The notes: a model not told the origin generated them from the sequence alone. Counted from the first letter of the stretch, positions 39,281-49,736 are shown. The stretch is DNA of 64,000 nt from Planctomycetota bacterium (GCA_017306025.1 JAFKJJ010000540.1:1640-65639); one strand, 5' to 3'. Translations and numbers: made by a program.

Positions 39281-41560
39281 TCACTTGCGGCGGACCACCC
39301 ACACACCGGCGCCCAGCCCCAGGACGGTGAGCAGCCCGAGCCCCAGCGGCACGTAGATGAGCCGCGAACTGTCGTAGCCCGGCTTCAGCATGTAGCTGGT
39401 GTACTGCTTCTCGCCCACCGGCGGCAGGGGCGGGCGGTCGCGGATCCAGTCCAGCGTCGCGCCCATCAGCTCGAGCCAGGTCGACGTCGATTGGCCCTGC
39501 GCCCGGCCGGCCGCGTCGTCGCTGACGAACCACCCGCACCCGAACACCGCGAGCCGCGCGGTCTGGGCCGGCCCCTGGCCCTCGGAGACGAACACCGCCA
39601 GGTCGTGGGACCGTCGGCTGATCTGCTTCTGTGCGACCAGTTCGTCGACCTGCTTCTGCATCTGCTCGGGGCTCATCTTGCTCTGCACGATCCTCTGAAG
39701 CTGTTCGTCGAACTCGATCCAGGTCTTCAGCGGGCTGGGCGAGTACACCGGTTCGGTCCAGGTCGGCCGCCCCGGCATGCTGGAGAGCAGGGTCACGGTC
39801 TGGTAGGTCGGGGCGCGAACGACCGACAGCTCGCGGCAGTCGAGCAGCGGGAGCCGCTCGACGTTGGCGAACCCCAGCGCGACCGGGTTGCGGGCCTCCA
39901 CGGCCTCCGGGTTGATGACCGCGAGCATCACGCGGGCGCCCTGGTCGCGGTCGCGGGGGTCGGCGCGTTCGCTGGGCACCGCGTACAGGAACCGGTCGGA
40001 CAACTGGACGCCGAACGCGCCGAGCGTCGGCTCGATGCCGAGCTTGAGGGGCTTCTCATCGGCCCCGCGTTGCGCCCCGCCGGCCAGCACCACCAGTTTG
40101 CCCTTCTTCCCGTCCGGCCGCGGCTCGCTCATGAACTTGCGAATCGCCTCGACCGCGTTGGGCGGCAGCGGGGCGCTCGGGTCGGCGACCACCACCACCG
40201 ACGCGTCGTCGGGCACCTTCGCGGGCGCGCCCACGTCGAAGGTGAGCGGGGCCACGTCGAAGTAGTTCTTCTCCAGATAGCTCTTGAGCGCGGTCGCGCT
40301 GCGCCGCGGGTCGGCGCGGCCCCCGGCCGGGGACAGTGCCAGTTCGCCGGACGACTGCGTGAAATAGACCTTCGGCCGGTTCTTGTTCTCGGCCAGGAAC
40401 ATCAGCTCGCGGAGCAACTTCTGCTCGCCGGTGAAGCTGGCGACCGGGCGCCCGTCCGGCCCCTCCGTCTGCGAGCCGAACTCGTCGCTGCGGATGAACG
40501 AGTGCCGGTTGCGCGCGGTCGCCCCCTCCTCGCCGGCCACGAGCAGCACGCCCTCGCGGCTCATCTCGGCCATCGGGTAGTTGGCCCGCAGCTTGCTGAT
40601 CTCGTCGCGGTTGAGCGCCGGGCTGAGGAACCGGACCTGAAACTTCGACGGGTTGACGTCCTGCGCGCTGTTCAGCAGCCGCTTGACGTCGTCCGCGACC
40701 GGGTCCCCGCCCTCCTGGAAGATCGCGTAGGCGTGGATCGGCGTGTCGAGCCCCTCGATCAGTTGCTTGGTCTGTTCGTTGAGCGAGAAGAACCCGGTGC
40801 TGGTGGTGTCGAGCCGGTTCGGCACCCGCATCGCGACGACCGCGTTGGCGATGACGAGCACCACGAACAGGATCAAGATCGTCAGGCCGAAGTTGGACCC
40901 GTAGACGAGCCGGCGGATGGTGGTGTTGTTCCGCTCCTCGGCGCGGGCCGGCTGGATCGCGAGCATCATGAGCCCGCCGCCGAGCGCGACCATCAGGATC
41001 GGGTAGAGCGCGTACTTGGCCTCCCTGATGTCGCCCTTGTCGAGCCACTTCACCAGGCTGTCGCTCCACCGGATGAAGAACCACGCCCCGATGAGGATGA
41101 GGAACGCGCCGAGCAGCCCGCCGACGAGCAGCACCAGGACGCGGGCCTCGCGGCGCTGCCCCGCCTCGGTCGGCCGGGGCAGCCCGACGATCAGGTACGC
41201 GGCGCCGGAGCCCGTCACGACCAGCCCGAGTGCCATGCCGAGCGCGCCGACCCAGTAGTCCGACCGGTTCGACTGCGTCAGTTCGGCCCCGTCCGCCGGG
41301 AGCGCCTTGAACGGGTCCTCCGCGTCCTTCCCCTTGTCCTTGTCGGTGGCGGTCGTGGTGGCCCCGGCCGGCCGCTGGCCCTTAACCACCATCATCACGG
41401 CCGCGACGAGGAACACGGCGGCGAGGACGGTCAGCGCGTAGCCGGCGTTCTGCCGCTGGGTGCGGATCAGCTCGACGATCGGCTCGTACGGCGCGGCCGG
41501 CGGGGCCGCACCCGCCGGGGCCGGTGTCGGTTCGGGGCTCGGGGACGGCGTCGGTTGCAT
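39281..41560 (-). CDS. GldG-like ABC auxiliary component
   Basis: DTTSTGFFSLNEQT, FTGEQKL, KVYFTQSSGE, C-terminal TM ending VWVVRRK. Confidence 0.82.
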   Translation of the reverse strand: MQPTPSPSPEPTPAPAGAAPPAAPYEPIVELIRTQRQNAGYALTVLAAVFLVAAVMMVVKGQRPAGATTTATDKDKGKDAEDPFKALPADGAELTQSNRSDYWVGALGMALGLVVTGSGAAYLIVGLPRPTEAGQRREARVLVLLVGGLLGAFLILIGAWFFIRWSDSLVKWLDKGDIREAKYALYPILMVALGGGLMMLAIQPARAEERNNTTIRRLVYGSNFGLTILILFVVLVIANAVVAMRVPNRLDTTSTGFFSLNEQTKQLIEGLDTPIHAYAIFQEGGDPVADDVKRLLNSAQDVNPSKFQVRFLSPALNRDEISKLRANYPMAEMSREGVLLVAGEEGATARNRHSFIRSDEFGSQTEGPDGRPVASFTGEQKLLRELMFLAENKNRPKVYFTQSSGELALSPAGGRADPRRSATALKSYLEKNYFDVAPLTFDVGAPAKVPDDASVVVVADPSAPLPPNAVEAIRKFMSEPRPDGKKGKLVVLAGGAQRGADEKPLKLGIEPTLGAFGVQLSDRFLYAVPSERADPRDRDQGARVMLAVINPEAVEARNPVALGFANVERLPLLDCRELSVVRAPTYQTVTLLSSMPGRPTWTEPVYSPSPLKTWIEFDEQLQRIVQSKMSPEQMQKQVDELVAQKQISRRSHDLAVFVSEGQGPAQTARLAVFGCGWFVSDDAAGRAQGQSTSTWLELMGATLDWIRDRPPLPPVGEKQYTSYMLKPGYDSSRLIYVPLGLGLLTVLGLGAGVWVVRRK

Positions 41561-41565
41561 AGCTA

Positions 41566-41672
41566 TTCGGTGTTTTGTGTTTGGTGTTTCGTGTTTTGTG
41601 TTCGGCGGCTCGCGTTCGGCCCGCGCCGGGCGGCGGGGCGTGCGGAACACCGAACACAAAACACCAAACGCG
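41566..41672. repeat. Heptamer (GTGTTT[C/T/G]) inverted tandem-repeat element, copy 1
   Basis: TGTTTTGTGTTTGGTGTTTCGTGTTTTGTGTTCGG ... CCGAACACAAAACACCAAAC. Confidence 0.85.
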
Positions 41673-41674
41673 AC

Positions 41675-43483
41675 TCAGCTCCAGCGCCGGGTTTCCAGCA
41701 CCTTGATCGACAGGAACACGAAGAACAGGGCCAGCGACACCCAGAGGATCACGTCGCGGATCGGGAGCTGGCCGCTGAGCGACTCGGACCACAGGTCGAG
41801 GTACGCGAGCTTGCCGAGGAACACCTGCACCGTCTGTCCCAGACCCAGGTCGCGCTCTTTGAACAGCGAGCACGCCAGGAAGAAGGCCATCCCGACGAAG
41901 GTGAGCACCGCGGCGACGATCTGGTTGTTGGTGATGGTGGAGAAGAACAGCCCCATCGCGACGAACGTCGCGCCGGTCGCCGCCAGCGCGACGTAAAAGC
42001 CCAGCAGCGGCCGGTAATCGAACGGCTGCCCGCTCTCCATCTTCAGGGCCAGGAGGAACAGCCCCGACGGGAGCCAGCACACCATGAAGAACAGCCAGGA
42101 GGAGACGAACTTGCTCAGCGTCACCACCCACTCGTCGACCGGGGCGGTCAGCATGACCTCCAGCGTGCCGCTCCGCTTCTCTTCGGCGAACAGCCTCATG
42201 GTCAGGGCCGGGACCATCAGGGTGAGGGCGAACACCGGGAAGATCGCGTACATGTAGAACTGCACGATCGGCTCGGGAACGGACCCGCGGCCGCCGGCCG
42301 ACATGCGGATCAGCCGCCCGACGAAATCGAGGTACCCGAGCCACTCGGCCAGCACCATCCCGGCCAGAACGAGATAACCGATCGGCGAGAGGAAGTACGC
42401 GGACAGCTCGCGCCGGGTGAGCGTCACGAACAGGCTGTCCGAACAGATCCCCAGCGAGACCGCGAGGTACGCCAGGCCGAGCCCGCCCAGGATCAGCCCG
42501 CCGGGCACCAGGAACGGCTTCGGCGCGACCGTCACCTGCGTGCCGAGGCTCGCGGCCACGAACACGCCGGCCCCGATCAGCCCGACCGCCCCGAGCGCCG
42601 CCCGCAGCCACACCGGGAACTTCCCCAGCGCGCCCAGCGCCGCGACGCCCAAGAACGCGAGGATCACCAGGCCCCGGCCGGCCACGCGCCAGTAGTCGAG
42701 CGACTGGTTCGCCTTCCGCAGCACCGCGGGTCCTTCGTAGAGGACGGTCGGGAAGACGGCCCGCCCGAACGCGTAGAACGCGACCGCGGCCCCTACGGCC
42801 CCCAGCGCGAACGCGACCGTGAACCCGAGCCCCTCGGCGGTTTCGACCTGTCCCAGGTACGCACAGACGAACCCCAGCCCCAGGAGCGCCAGCGCGATCC
42901 CCTTGCCGGCGAGGAAGTCCGGGTCCCGCAGGCCCCAGAGCACCACCCCGACGCACAGGAGGGACCCGACGCCCAACATTCCGTAAGAGACGACGCTGCG
43001 GAGGAACTCGTCGGTCTCGTGCCGCGTGAACGGGACCGCGAACAACAGCGAGAGCATCCCGGCCCCGACGCCCCAGGGCAGCAGGTAATAGCCCATCGTC
43101 TTGGCGGCGCCCTCGAACGGCCCGGGCACCAGCGCCGACAGCACCGCGACGACGAGCAGCCCGACGGACAGCCCGCCGTACATGCGGCGGACCTCCTGTT
43201 CGCCGTCGCTGACCGCGTGGTAGAGCATCAGCGCGACGCCCAGCCCCGCGGAGAGGAACCCGTAGCCCTCCGACACCCACCGCGGCCCCACGGCCCGCGT
43301 CGTGACGACGACGACGGCGCCGAGGACGAACGCGAACAGGCCGAGGAACCCGAACAGCCGCGGGAGCATCGGCCCCTCGGCGACCACCGCCGAGGGGGCG
43401 GTCTCGACCGACCGCAGGGCCGGCGCCAGCGCGTCGCCCGCCGGCGGGATCGGGTCGGTCGTCGCGGGTGGGGTGGTGCTCAT
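41675..43483 (-). CDS. GldF-like ABC-2 permease with long N-terminal multi-TM extension
   Basis: RRELSAYFLSPIGY, PALTMRLFAEEKRSGTLE.MLTAPV, NQIVAA, LETRRWS. Confidence 0.88.
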   Translation of the reverse strand: MSTTPPATTDPIPPAGDALAPALRSVETAPSAVVAEGPMLPRLFGFLGLFAFVLGAVVVVTTRAVGPRWVSEGYGFLSAGLGVALMLYHAVSDGEQEVRRMYGGLSVGLLVVAVLSALVPGPFEGAAKTMGYYLLPWGVGAGMLSLLFAVPFTRHETDEFLRSVVSYGMLGVGSLLCVGVVLWGLRDPDFLAGKGIALALLGLGFVCAYLGQVETAEGLGFTVAFALGAVGAAVAFYAFGRAVFPTVLYEGPAVLRKANQSLDYWRVAGRGLVILAFLGVAALGALGKFPVWLRAALGAVGLIGAGVFVAASLGTQVTVAPKPFLVPGGLILGGLGLAYLAVSLGICSDSLFVTLTRRELSAYFLSPIGYLVLAGMVLAEWLGYLDFVGRLIRMSAGGRGSVPEPIVQFYMYAIFPVFALTLMVPALTMRLFAEEKRSGTLEVMLTAPVDEWVVTLSKFVSSWLFFMVCWLPSGLFLLALKMESGQPFDYRPLLGFYVALAATGATFVAMGLFFSTITNNQIVAAVLTFVGMAFFLACSLFKERDLGLGQTVQVFLGKLAYLDLWSESLSGQLPIRDVILWVSLALFFVFLSIKVLETRRWS

Positions 43484-43486
43484 CTG

Positions 43487-43597
43487 GTTCGTGTTTGGTG
43501 TTGAGTGTTTGGTGTTTGGGTTCGGCGTTTGGCGTTTGGTCGAACCGTCCCGGCGGGCGCCGGTCGCTCGAAACACGAAACACCAAACACGAAACAC
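43487..43597. repeat. Heptamer inverted tandem-repeat element, copy 2
   Basis: GTGTTTGGTGTTGAGTGTTTGGTGTTTGG ... AAACACGAAACACCAAACACGAAACAC. Confidence 0.85.
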
Positions 43598-43602
43598 GCG
43601 CC

Positions 43603-44625
43603 CTACGCCGTCGGCGCCTGGGGCGGTTCGAGCGGCGGCAACGAGGCCGCCGGTTCGGTCGCCGCGGCCGGCGCCGGCTCCTGCGCGGCGTAGCGGCTGC
43701 GGACCACCTCGTTGAACAGCGCGTCGAGGTTGACCTTCCGCAGTTCGAGCCGCCGGACGGCCCACCCCTTGGCGATCAGCTTCGACGCGAGCGCCTCGCG
43801 CGGGTCCTTGCGGTCCTTCGCCTTCACCTCGAACTCGGTCAGGTCGCCGTCCTGCGACTTCGCTTCCACCGCCGACAGTTCGGGCTGGTCCCTCAGGAAC
43901 TTCGTGACCGCCTCGGCCGGGCCGCGGACCTCCACCGCGTAGCTCGGCTCGCGGGCCTCGATCGCCTTCATCGTCTCGTCGAGCTTGATGCGGCCCTTGT
44001 CGATGATGACGACCCGCTCGCACACCTTCTCGACTTCCGTGAGGATGTGCGTGGACAGGAGCACGGTGTGCTTGCCGCGGAGCTCCTTGATGGTGGCGAG
44101 GGTCTCGTTGATCTGAACCGGGTCGAGGCCGCTGGTGGGCTCGTCGAGGATGAGGATGGGCGGCTCGGCCAGGAGCGCGTCGGCGAGGCCGACCCGCTGC
44201 CGGTAGCCCTTCGAGAGCGTGTTGAGCAGCCGCGTCTGCACTTCCTTGATCTGGCACTTCGCGAGGCAGTAGTCGATCCGCGCGGAGCGCCCGTTGCGGT
44301 CGACCCCCTTCAACCGGGCGCGGTACGAGAGGTACTCGCGGACCCGCATTTCGGGGTACACCGGGACGCTCTCGGGCAGGTACCCGATGCGCCGGCGGAC
44401 CTCCATCGACTGGTACATGACGTCGAAGCCGGACAGCCACGCGTAGCCGCTGGAGGCGGGCAGCCAGGTGGTAAGAATGCGCATGCAGGTCGACTTGCCG
44501 GCGCCGTTGGGGCCGAGGAACCCGACCAGCTCGCCGGGCTGGACCTGGAACGACACGTCGTCGACGGCCAGAACGGGGCCGTAGCTCTTGGTGAGGTTCT
44601 GGACGTTGATCGCGGGCGTCGCCAT
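43603..44625 (-). CDS. ABC transporter ATP-binding protein (GldA-like)
   Basis: GPNGAGKST, LSKGYRQRVG, ILDEPTSGLDP, LSTHIL. Confidence 0.95.
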   Translation of the reverse strand: MATPAINVQNLTKSYGPVLAVDDVSFQVQPGELVGFLGPNGAGKSTCMRILTTWLPASSGYAWLSGFDVMYQSMEVRRRIGYLPESVPVYPEMRVREYLSYRARLKGVDRNGRSARIDYCLAKCQIKEVQTRLLNTLSKGYRQRVGLADALLAEPPILILDEPTSGLDPVQINETLATIKELRGKHTVLLSTHILTEVEKVCERVVIIDKGRIKLDETMKAIEAREPSYAVEVRGPAEAVTKFLRDQPELSAVEAKSQDGDLTEFEVKAKDRKDPREALASKLIAKGWAVRRLELRKVNLDALFNEVVRSRYAAQEPAPAAATEPAASLPPLEPPQAPTA

Positions 44626-45196
44626 GTGTTCGACCGTGGGTGCCGGACTCAGATGCGAAGCACGGGGCAGTTGCGCCGACCTGGAGCGGCCGTGAAGCAG
44701 CGCTCCGCTGCGACGGGCCGCGAGAACGTATGGACGAGGCATGATGATATGACGCGCGAGGCGCCCGACAAGTTGGTAGAATCCGGTTCACCGCCGAAGG
44801 CGAAAGACACGGCGCCGTCCCCCCGGATTGCCCGGCGGTCGGCCCCGTGGGCGGAAATTCGGTGCGTGTGGCAGGGAAGAAAGGGAAACTCGATCGGTCG
44901 TCGCGAGGCCCCTTGCGGGGTTGAGCGTTCCGGGCATCCGGTCGCCGCCGGAATTTCACCGCGCTCGAATCCCGGCCGGGGCGACCGCGCGGCCGCGGGA
45001 CTCGTCGGAAAGCCAAGACATTTTTGGCGACCGATCGGATGAACTCCGAAACCGCCCCGACCGGTCCGGGACCGCCCTCCACTTCGCCGGGCTGCGACCG
45101 GCCGACCGACGAGATACTGCGGTTACGGGAGTGCCCTCGCCGAACGGCCGCCCCGTTCGGTCGCGCCGCCCGAACGCCCCAACCCCGGAGTTTGCC

Positions 45197-45880
45197 GTGA
45201 ACCGTTTCCCGGTTGCCGTGATGCTGTTCGTCGCCGGTGGGCTCTCGGCCCCGGCCGCCGACCCGCCGCGGGTGGTGCGGGAGAACATCGAGTGGCTCGA
45301 CGTGTGGGTGCCCGGCAACAACGAGAAGGATCGGCCGCGGGTCCTGTTGATCGGCGATTCGATCACCCGCGGGTACTACAAGGTCGTCGAGGACAAGCTG
45401 AAGGGGAAGGCGACCGTCTGCCGGCTGGCGACCAGCAAGAGCCTCGGCGACCCCGGTTTGCTCGACGAGGTCAAGCTGGTGCTGGGGCAGGCGAAGTTCG
45501 ATGTCGTTCACTTCAACAACGGGATGCACGGCTGGGGGTACACCGAGGACGAATACGCCAGGGCCATCCCGGGGCTTGTGGAGACGATCCGCAAAGGGGC
45601 ACCCGGGGCGAAACTCGTCTGCGCCACGACGACCCCCGTCCGGGTCGCCGGGAAGGTCGAGCAACTCGACCCGAGGACCGACCGGGTGCGGGTCCGCAAC
45701 AGGGCCGTCACCGACCTGATGGACAAGGAGAAGATCCCGACGAACGACCTCTTCGCCCTCGTGGCCGATAAGCCGGAACTCTTCTCGCCGGACGGGGTCC
45801 ACTTGAACGCGAAGGGCTCGACCGCTCTGGGCGAGCAGGTGGCGACACGGGTCCTCAAGTTGCTCGACGGGGTGAAGTGA
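45197..45880 (+). CDS. SGNH/GDSL hydrolase, secreted
   Basis: LLIGDSIT, FNNGMHG, DGVH; signal peptide. Confidence 0.9.
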   Translation: MNRFPVAVMLFVAGGLSAPAADPPRVVRENIEWLDVWVPGNNEKDRPRVLLIGDSITRGYYKVVEDKLKGKATVCRLATSKSLGDPGLLDEVKLVLGQAKFDVVHFNNGMHGWGYTEDEYARAIPGLVETIRKGAPGAKLVCATTTPVRVAGKVEQLDPRTDRVRVRNRAVTDLMDKEKIPTNDLFALVADKPELFSPDGVHLNAKGSTALGEQVATRVLKLLDGVK

Positions 45881-46112
45881 ACCGGTTCCCGACGCCCTCG
45901 AAGCCGGGCGGTGCCGCATGACCGACGGTACCGCCCGGCCAGGACACGTTACCGATTCTGCCCCTCGCCCTCACATCCCGTACACCCCATCCAACCCAAC
46001 CGGCACAGCCGACCGAACCGACAGAATCCGCAGGATCGGTGTTGTCGCAGTTTGGTCCGGCCGAGAAAACACACCTTGAGCCCACTTCACGAGCCCTCAC
46101 CCGGAGCCCAAC

Positions 46113-46550
46113 ATGGCCGAGTTGTCTGTCAGCGGCGCCGTCCGCGAGATCCTGACCGGCGATCCCGAGATGCCGACCGACGAAGTGATCCGCAGGGCCA
46201 GGTCCGAGGGACTGCGGGCGACCGAGAAGCAAATCCGAAAGTCCATAAACAACCAGCGGAATCCGATCCGCGCGAAGGTCGCCGCCGCCAGAGTGGCCCC
46301 GGCGGCGGCCCGTGAAACGACCCCGCCGAAGGTCGCTCCGGCGGTTCCGGCATCGGCCGCAGCGGTCGGCCCCCTCGACCTCGCGGGCGTGCTGGGCAAC
46401 GTCGCCCTGGTCAATAAGGTCGTCGGTCTGTGCGGCGTCGAGACCGCCCGCCAGACCGCCGAGGCGGTCCATGCGTGCGGCGGGCTGGAGGCGTTCCTCC
46501 AACACCTGGAGCTCGTCGCCACGATCCGCGGGGGCGAAGCGGCGACGTGA
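46113..46550 (+). CDS. Hypothetical small protein, possible DNA-binding protein
   Basis: 145-aa ORF with GGAG RBS; basic helical N-domain, Ala/Pro linker, helical C-domain. Confidence 0.7.
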   Translation: MAELSVSGAVREILTGDPEMPTDEVIRRARSEGLRATEKQIRKSINNQRNPIRAKVAAARVAPAAARETTPPKVAPAVPASAAAVGPLDLAGVLGNVALVNKVVGLCGVETARQTAEAVHACGGLEAFLQHLELVATIRGGEAAT

Positions 46551-46706
46551 CCGTGGGGACCCGACGCAGCTGATTTCCGAGGGCACCGCCCGGCCCTCGG
46601 GTTCGGCGGCAGCGAAAAGCCACATGACCGCGGCCCGGTGGGGCGCCTCGACCTCGACGGGGAGTTGATCGACGTCTGCGGTCTGGCCGAGGGCGCCCGC
46701 CGGCCC

Positions 46707-46790
46707 GTCGGCTCTCTTGAACGTGGCGAAGTCGCCGTGGCGCTTGCCGCGCCGGGCCTTCGTCTTCGCGAGCTTCCACAATCGCTCGAT
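46707..46790 (-). pseudogene. Possible IS630-family transposase C-terminal remnant
   Basis: IERLWKLAKTKARRGKRHGDFATFK resembles the (N)xIERLWK..K....F..F segment of IS630 DDE transposases; no start or upstream domain. Confidence 0.4.
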
Positions 46791-47032
46791 CTCGCCACTC
46801 GTACGTGAATGCGGTCTATTTACCCCCGAGCGGATAGTGGGTGGTAGCGGGTAGAAAAGAAAGACGTCAAGGCGGCCGGCCACATTCCTGTTGCTTTCGC
46901 TTTCTGACGACCATATGGGTGATGTCTGCTGCACGTTGCTCCGGGAATAAATCCTTTCGGATCGGGATCGTATCTAAGGTTAGGCCCACGTCGCCGGTCG
47001 AATCTCTCCGCGAACACCCGAAGGTGTCCGAT

Positions 47033-47488
47033 ATGTGGTACGGCATTGCCGCCGACCTGATGGTCGCCGTTCACGTCGCTTACGTCGCTTACGTGATCCT
47101 GGGTCAGTTGGTGATCGTGATCGCCGCACCGATGAAGTGGCAGTGGGCGCGGAACCCGTGGTTCCGGTTCACCCACCTCCTCGCGATCGGCGTCGTCGCC
47201 TACGAGGCGATCAACCACCTGCGGTGCCCGCTGACGGTGTGGGAGGAGCAGCTCCGCGCGCTGGCCGGGCAGGGGTTTAACGGCAGCGAAACGTTCATGG
47301 GTCGGTTGCTGCACGACCTGTTGTTCGTGGAGAACATGCCGGAGATCGCGTTCACGATCGGCTACTGCGGGATGGCGCTGCTCGTGGCGCAGGGGTTGGT
47401 GATGTACCCGCCCCGGTGGTTCCGCTTCGGTCGCTCGAAGGAAGTGGCGCCCGCGCCCCAACTCGTACCCGTGGCGGTGAACGAGTAA
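47033..47488 (+). CDS. DUF2784-like membrane protein
   Basis: AADLMVAVH.AY, WFRFTHL, CPLTVWE..LR..AGQ. Confidence 0.85.
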   Translation: MWYGIAADLMVAVHVAYVAYVILGQLVIVIAAPMKWQWARNPWFRFTHLLAIGVVAYEAINHLRCPLTVWEEQLRALAGQGFNGSETFMGRLLHDLLFVENMPEIAFTIGYCGMALLVAQGLVMYPPRWFRFGRSKEVAPAPQLVPVAVNE

Positions 47489-47502
47489 CGCAACGAAAAC
47501 GT

Positions 47503-47532
47503 CGCAGCCCCGCGACGAGTCGCGGGGCTGCG
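47503..47532. terminator. Hairpin between convergent genes
   Basis: CGCAGCCCCGCGAC / GTCGCGGGGCTGCG. Confidence 0.65.
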
Positions 47533-47554
47533 GGTCTGGTGCCGTAAGGACGCT

Positions 47555-48088
47555 TCAGTCCTTGGTGAACGTCGGCGGTTCCTTCTTCGGCAGCGGGAGC
47601 TTCTCCGGCAGGTCGGGGAACATTTTCTTCAGGGCGTCGCGACTGAGGGCGCCGGGGTTGGCGTCAAAGAACGTCCAGGTCTTCCCGCCGTCGTCCGAAA
47701 TCCCGACGAGTGCGCCTTTCGTCGTCACCCGCCCGTCGGGCACCTTGATTTCGAGGGTAAACGGGATGGTAATGTACAGTTCCTTCCCGACCGCGATCGG
47801 ATCGGAGGCGTCGGCCATCGCGGCCGACTTGAACACTACCCCTTCGGCCTTCATTTTCTTCGTCTCGGCGGCCAACCCCTCGATCATCTTCTTCCGCCCA
47901 CCAGCCGCTGCGACGACCTTCGGGTGCGACAGATCGGCCAACTTTTCGTAATCGCCCCGGATGAGGGCCTTCTGACATTCCTCGGCCTTCGCCTTGGCCG
48001 TCTTCTTGATTTCTGCGTCGTCGGCCGTGGCGCACCACGACGCGCAGAACACGACCCCCAGACACGCAACGAATCGCCGATCGCGCAT
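47555..48088 (-). CDS. Hypothetical secreted protein
   Basis: Signal peptide; HPKVV..AGG, GISDDGGKTWTF.D. Confidence 0.8.
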   Translation of the reverse strand: MRDRRFVACLGVVFCASWCATADDAEIKKTAKAKAEECQKALIRGDYEKLADLSHPKVVAAAGGRKKMIEGLAAETKKMKAEGVVFKSAAMADASDPIAVGKELYITIPFTLEIKVPDGRVTTKGALVGISDDGGKTWTFFDANPGALSRDALKKMFPDLPEKLPLPKKEPPTFTKD

Positions 48089-48096
48089 AATTACCC

Positions 48097-48990
48097 TCAC
48101 AACAGCCCGTAATTCACGAGCGTCTGCCGCACCTTCGCCTCGCCGGCCGCGTCCATCGGGCACATCGGCAGGCGCATCTCGCCGTTGCCGCGCCCCAGGA
48201 GCTTCATCGCGGTCTTCACCGGGATCGGGTTCGTGGCGACGCCCAGCATGTCGCGGCACAGCGGGAACAGTTTCCGGTGCCACCGAAGGGCCTCTTCGAA
48301 GTTCCCCGCGGCGAACGCCTTCACCAGCGCCATCATGTCACGAGGCACGACGTTGCCCACCACGCTCACCACACCCTTACCGCCGATGCTCATTAGCGGG
48401 AGCGTCAGGCTGTCGTCGCCGGAGAGGATCGTGAGATCCGAAAGGGCCGCGACCTGGCTCGCCTGATCGAGCGACCCGGTCGCCTCCTTGACCGCGACGA
48501 TCGTGGGGCACTTCTCGGCCATGCGGGCGAGCGTTTCGGGCAGGATGTTGCTCGCGGTGCGGCCGGGGATGTTGTAAACGACGACCGGCAGCGGGGTCGC
48601 CTCGGCGATCGCGGCGAAGTGGCGGAAGTAACCCTCCTGCGTCGGCTTGTTGTAGTACGGGCCGACCTGAAGCGTGCCGTCGGCGCCGGCCCTCTTGGCG
48701 GCCCTCGTCATGCGGATCGCCTCGGCGGTCGAGTTCGACCCGGTGCCGGCCATGACCTTCGTGCGCCCGCGGGCGCGCTCGCACACGAACGCGACCACGC
48801 GCTCGTTCTCGTCGTGCGTCAGGGTCGGCGACTCGCCGGTGGTGCCGCAGGGGGCCAGCGCGTCGGTGCCCTGTTCGCAGTGCCAGTCCACGAGTTTGCC
48901 GAGTTCGTCCCAATCGACTTCCCCGCCCTTGAAGGGCGTGACGATGGCGACGGTGACGCCGGCGAACAGCTCGCCGCGGGTGGCTGGCAT
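48097..48990 (-). CDS. dapA: 4-hydroxy-tetrahydrodipicolinate synthase
   Basis: [53 protein letters not shown]. Confidence 0.97.
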   Translation of the reverse strand: MPATRGELFAGVTVAIVTPFKGGEVDWDELGKLVDWHCEQGTDALAPCGTTGESPTLTHDENERVVAFVCERARGRTKVMAGTGSNSTAEAIRMTRAAKRAGADGTLQVGPYYNKPTQEGYFRHFAAIAEATPLPVVVYNIPGRTASNILPETLARMAEKCPTIVAVKEATGSLDQASQVAALSDLTILSGDDSLTLPLMSIGGKGVVSVVGNVVPRDMMALVKAFAAGNFEEALRWHRKLFPLCRDMLGVATNPIPVKTAMKLLGRGNGEMRLPMCPMDAAGEAKVRQTLVNYGLL

Positions 48991-49061
48991 GACTTGACCT
49001 CGGCAGAGAACACAGAGCGGAAGGCGTGGAACGGTCAGGTTACGAAAGGCGCGGCGCGCGT

Positions 49062-49733
49062 TCAACGCTTCCGCGCGAGCGTGAGGCCGTCGGCGAAGGG
49101 GAGGAAGCTGAGCGAGACGCGGTCGTCGGCGTGGATCTTCTCGTTGAGGGCGCGGATGGCGACCGTGTCCGGGTCGGTGACCGCCGGGTCGGCCGGCTTG
49201 CCGTCCCAGAGGGTGTTGTCGAGCACGATCAGGCCGCCGGGGCGCACGAGTTCCAGGCTGCGCTCGTAGTAGAGGTTGTAGCGCCCCTTGTCGGCGTCGA
49301 TGAACGCGTAGTCGAACGTGCCCGCCTGTCCGTCGGCCAGCAGCTGCGCGAGCGAGTCCGCGGCCGGGGCGACGCGCAGGTCCACCTTGCCCATCAGTCC
49401 CGCGGCGGTCAGGTGCTTTTGCGCGACGCCCGCGTACACGGCGCTCAGTTCGCAGCAGACGAGCTTGCCGTCGGCGGGAAGTGCGCTCGCGACCCACATC
49501 GCGGAGTAGCCGGTGAACGTGCCGATTTCGAGGCACCTCTTCGCGCCCATCAACTGAACGAGCATCGCGAGGAACGGCCCCTGTTCCGGGGCGATCTGCC
49601 ACTCGGCCTCCGCGAGCTTGGCGGTCTCCTCGCGGAGCGCGTCGAACGCCGCCGGCTCGCGCACCCCGACGGAGAGCACGTACTCGTAAAGCCGATCGGT
49701 CATCGGCGTCGGACGGACGAAGCTGGGGAGCAT
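49062..49733 (-). CDS. Class I SAM-dependent O-methyltransferase (caffeoyl-CoA OMT-like)
   Basis: [35 protein letters not shown]. Confidence 0.93.
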   Translation of the reverse strand: MLPSFVRPTPMTDRLYEYVLSVGVREPAAFDALREETAKLAEAEWQIAPEQGPFLAMLVQLMGAKRCLEIGTFTGYSAMWVASALPADGKLVCCELSAVYAGVAQKHLTAAGLMGKVDLRVAPAADSLAQLLADGQAGTFDYAFIDADKGRYNLYYERSLELVRPGGLIVLDNTLWDGKPADPAVTDPDTVAIRALNEKIHADDRVSLSFLPFADGLTLARKR

Positions 49734-49736
49734 GGT

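Noticed and set aside
39173-43504. 1443-aa plus-strand ORF and other long antisense ORFs (e.g. 4902..7511, 10710..13112, 36496..38910, most of 23249..25861)
   Set aside because: Shadow frames of real genes in high-GC DNA, with Arg/Gly/Ala-rich translations and no motifs.
44958-44986. TCGAATCCCGGCCGGGGCGACC resembling a tRNA 3' end / att site
   Set aside because: T-arm is imperfect (CTCGAAT, mismatched stem), no cloverleaf upstream, and no integrase nearby.
41675-45919. 1414-aa giant permease ORF
   Set aside because: The upstream ~800 codons overlap the ATPase in another frame and the SGNH gene antisense. The real start is near 43483.
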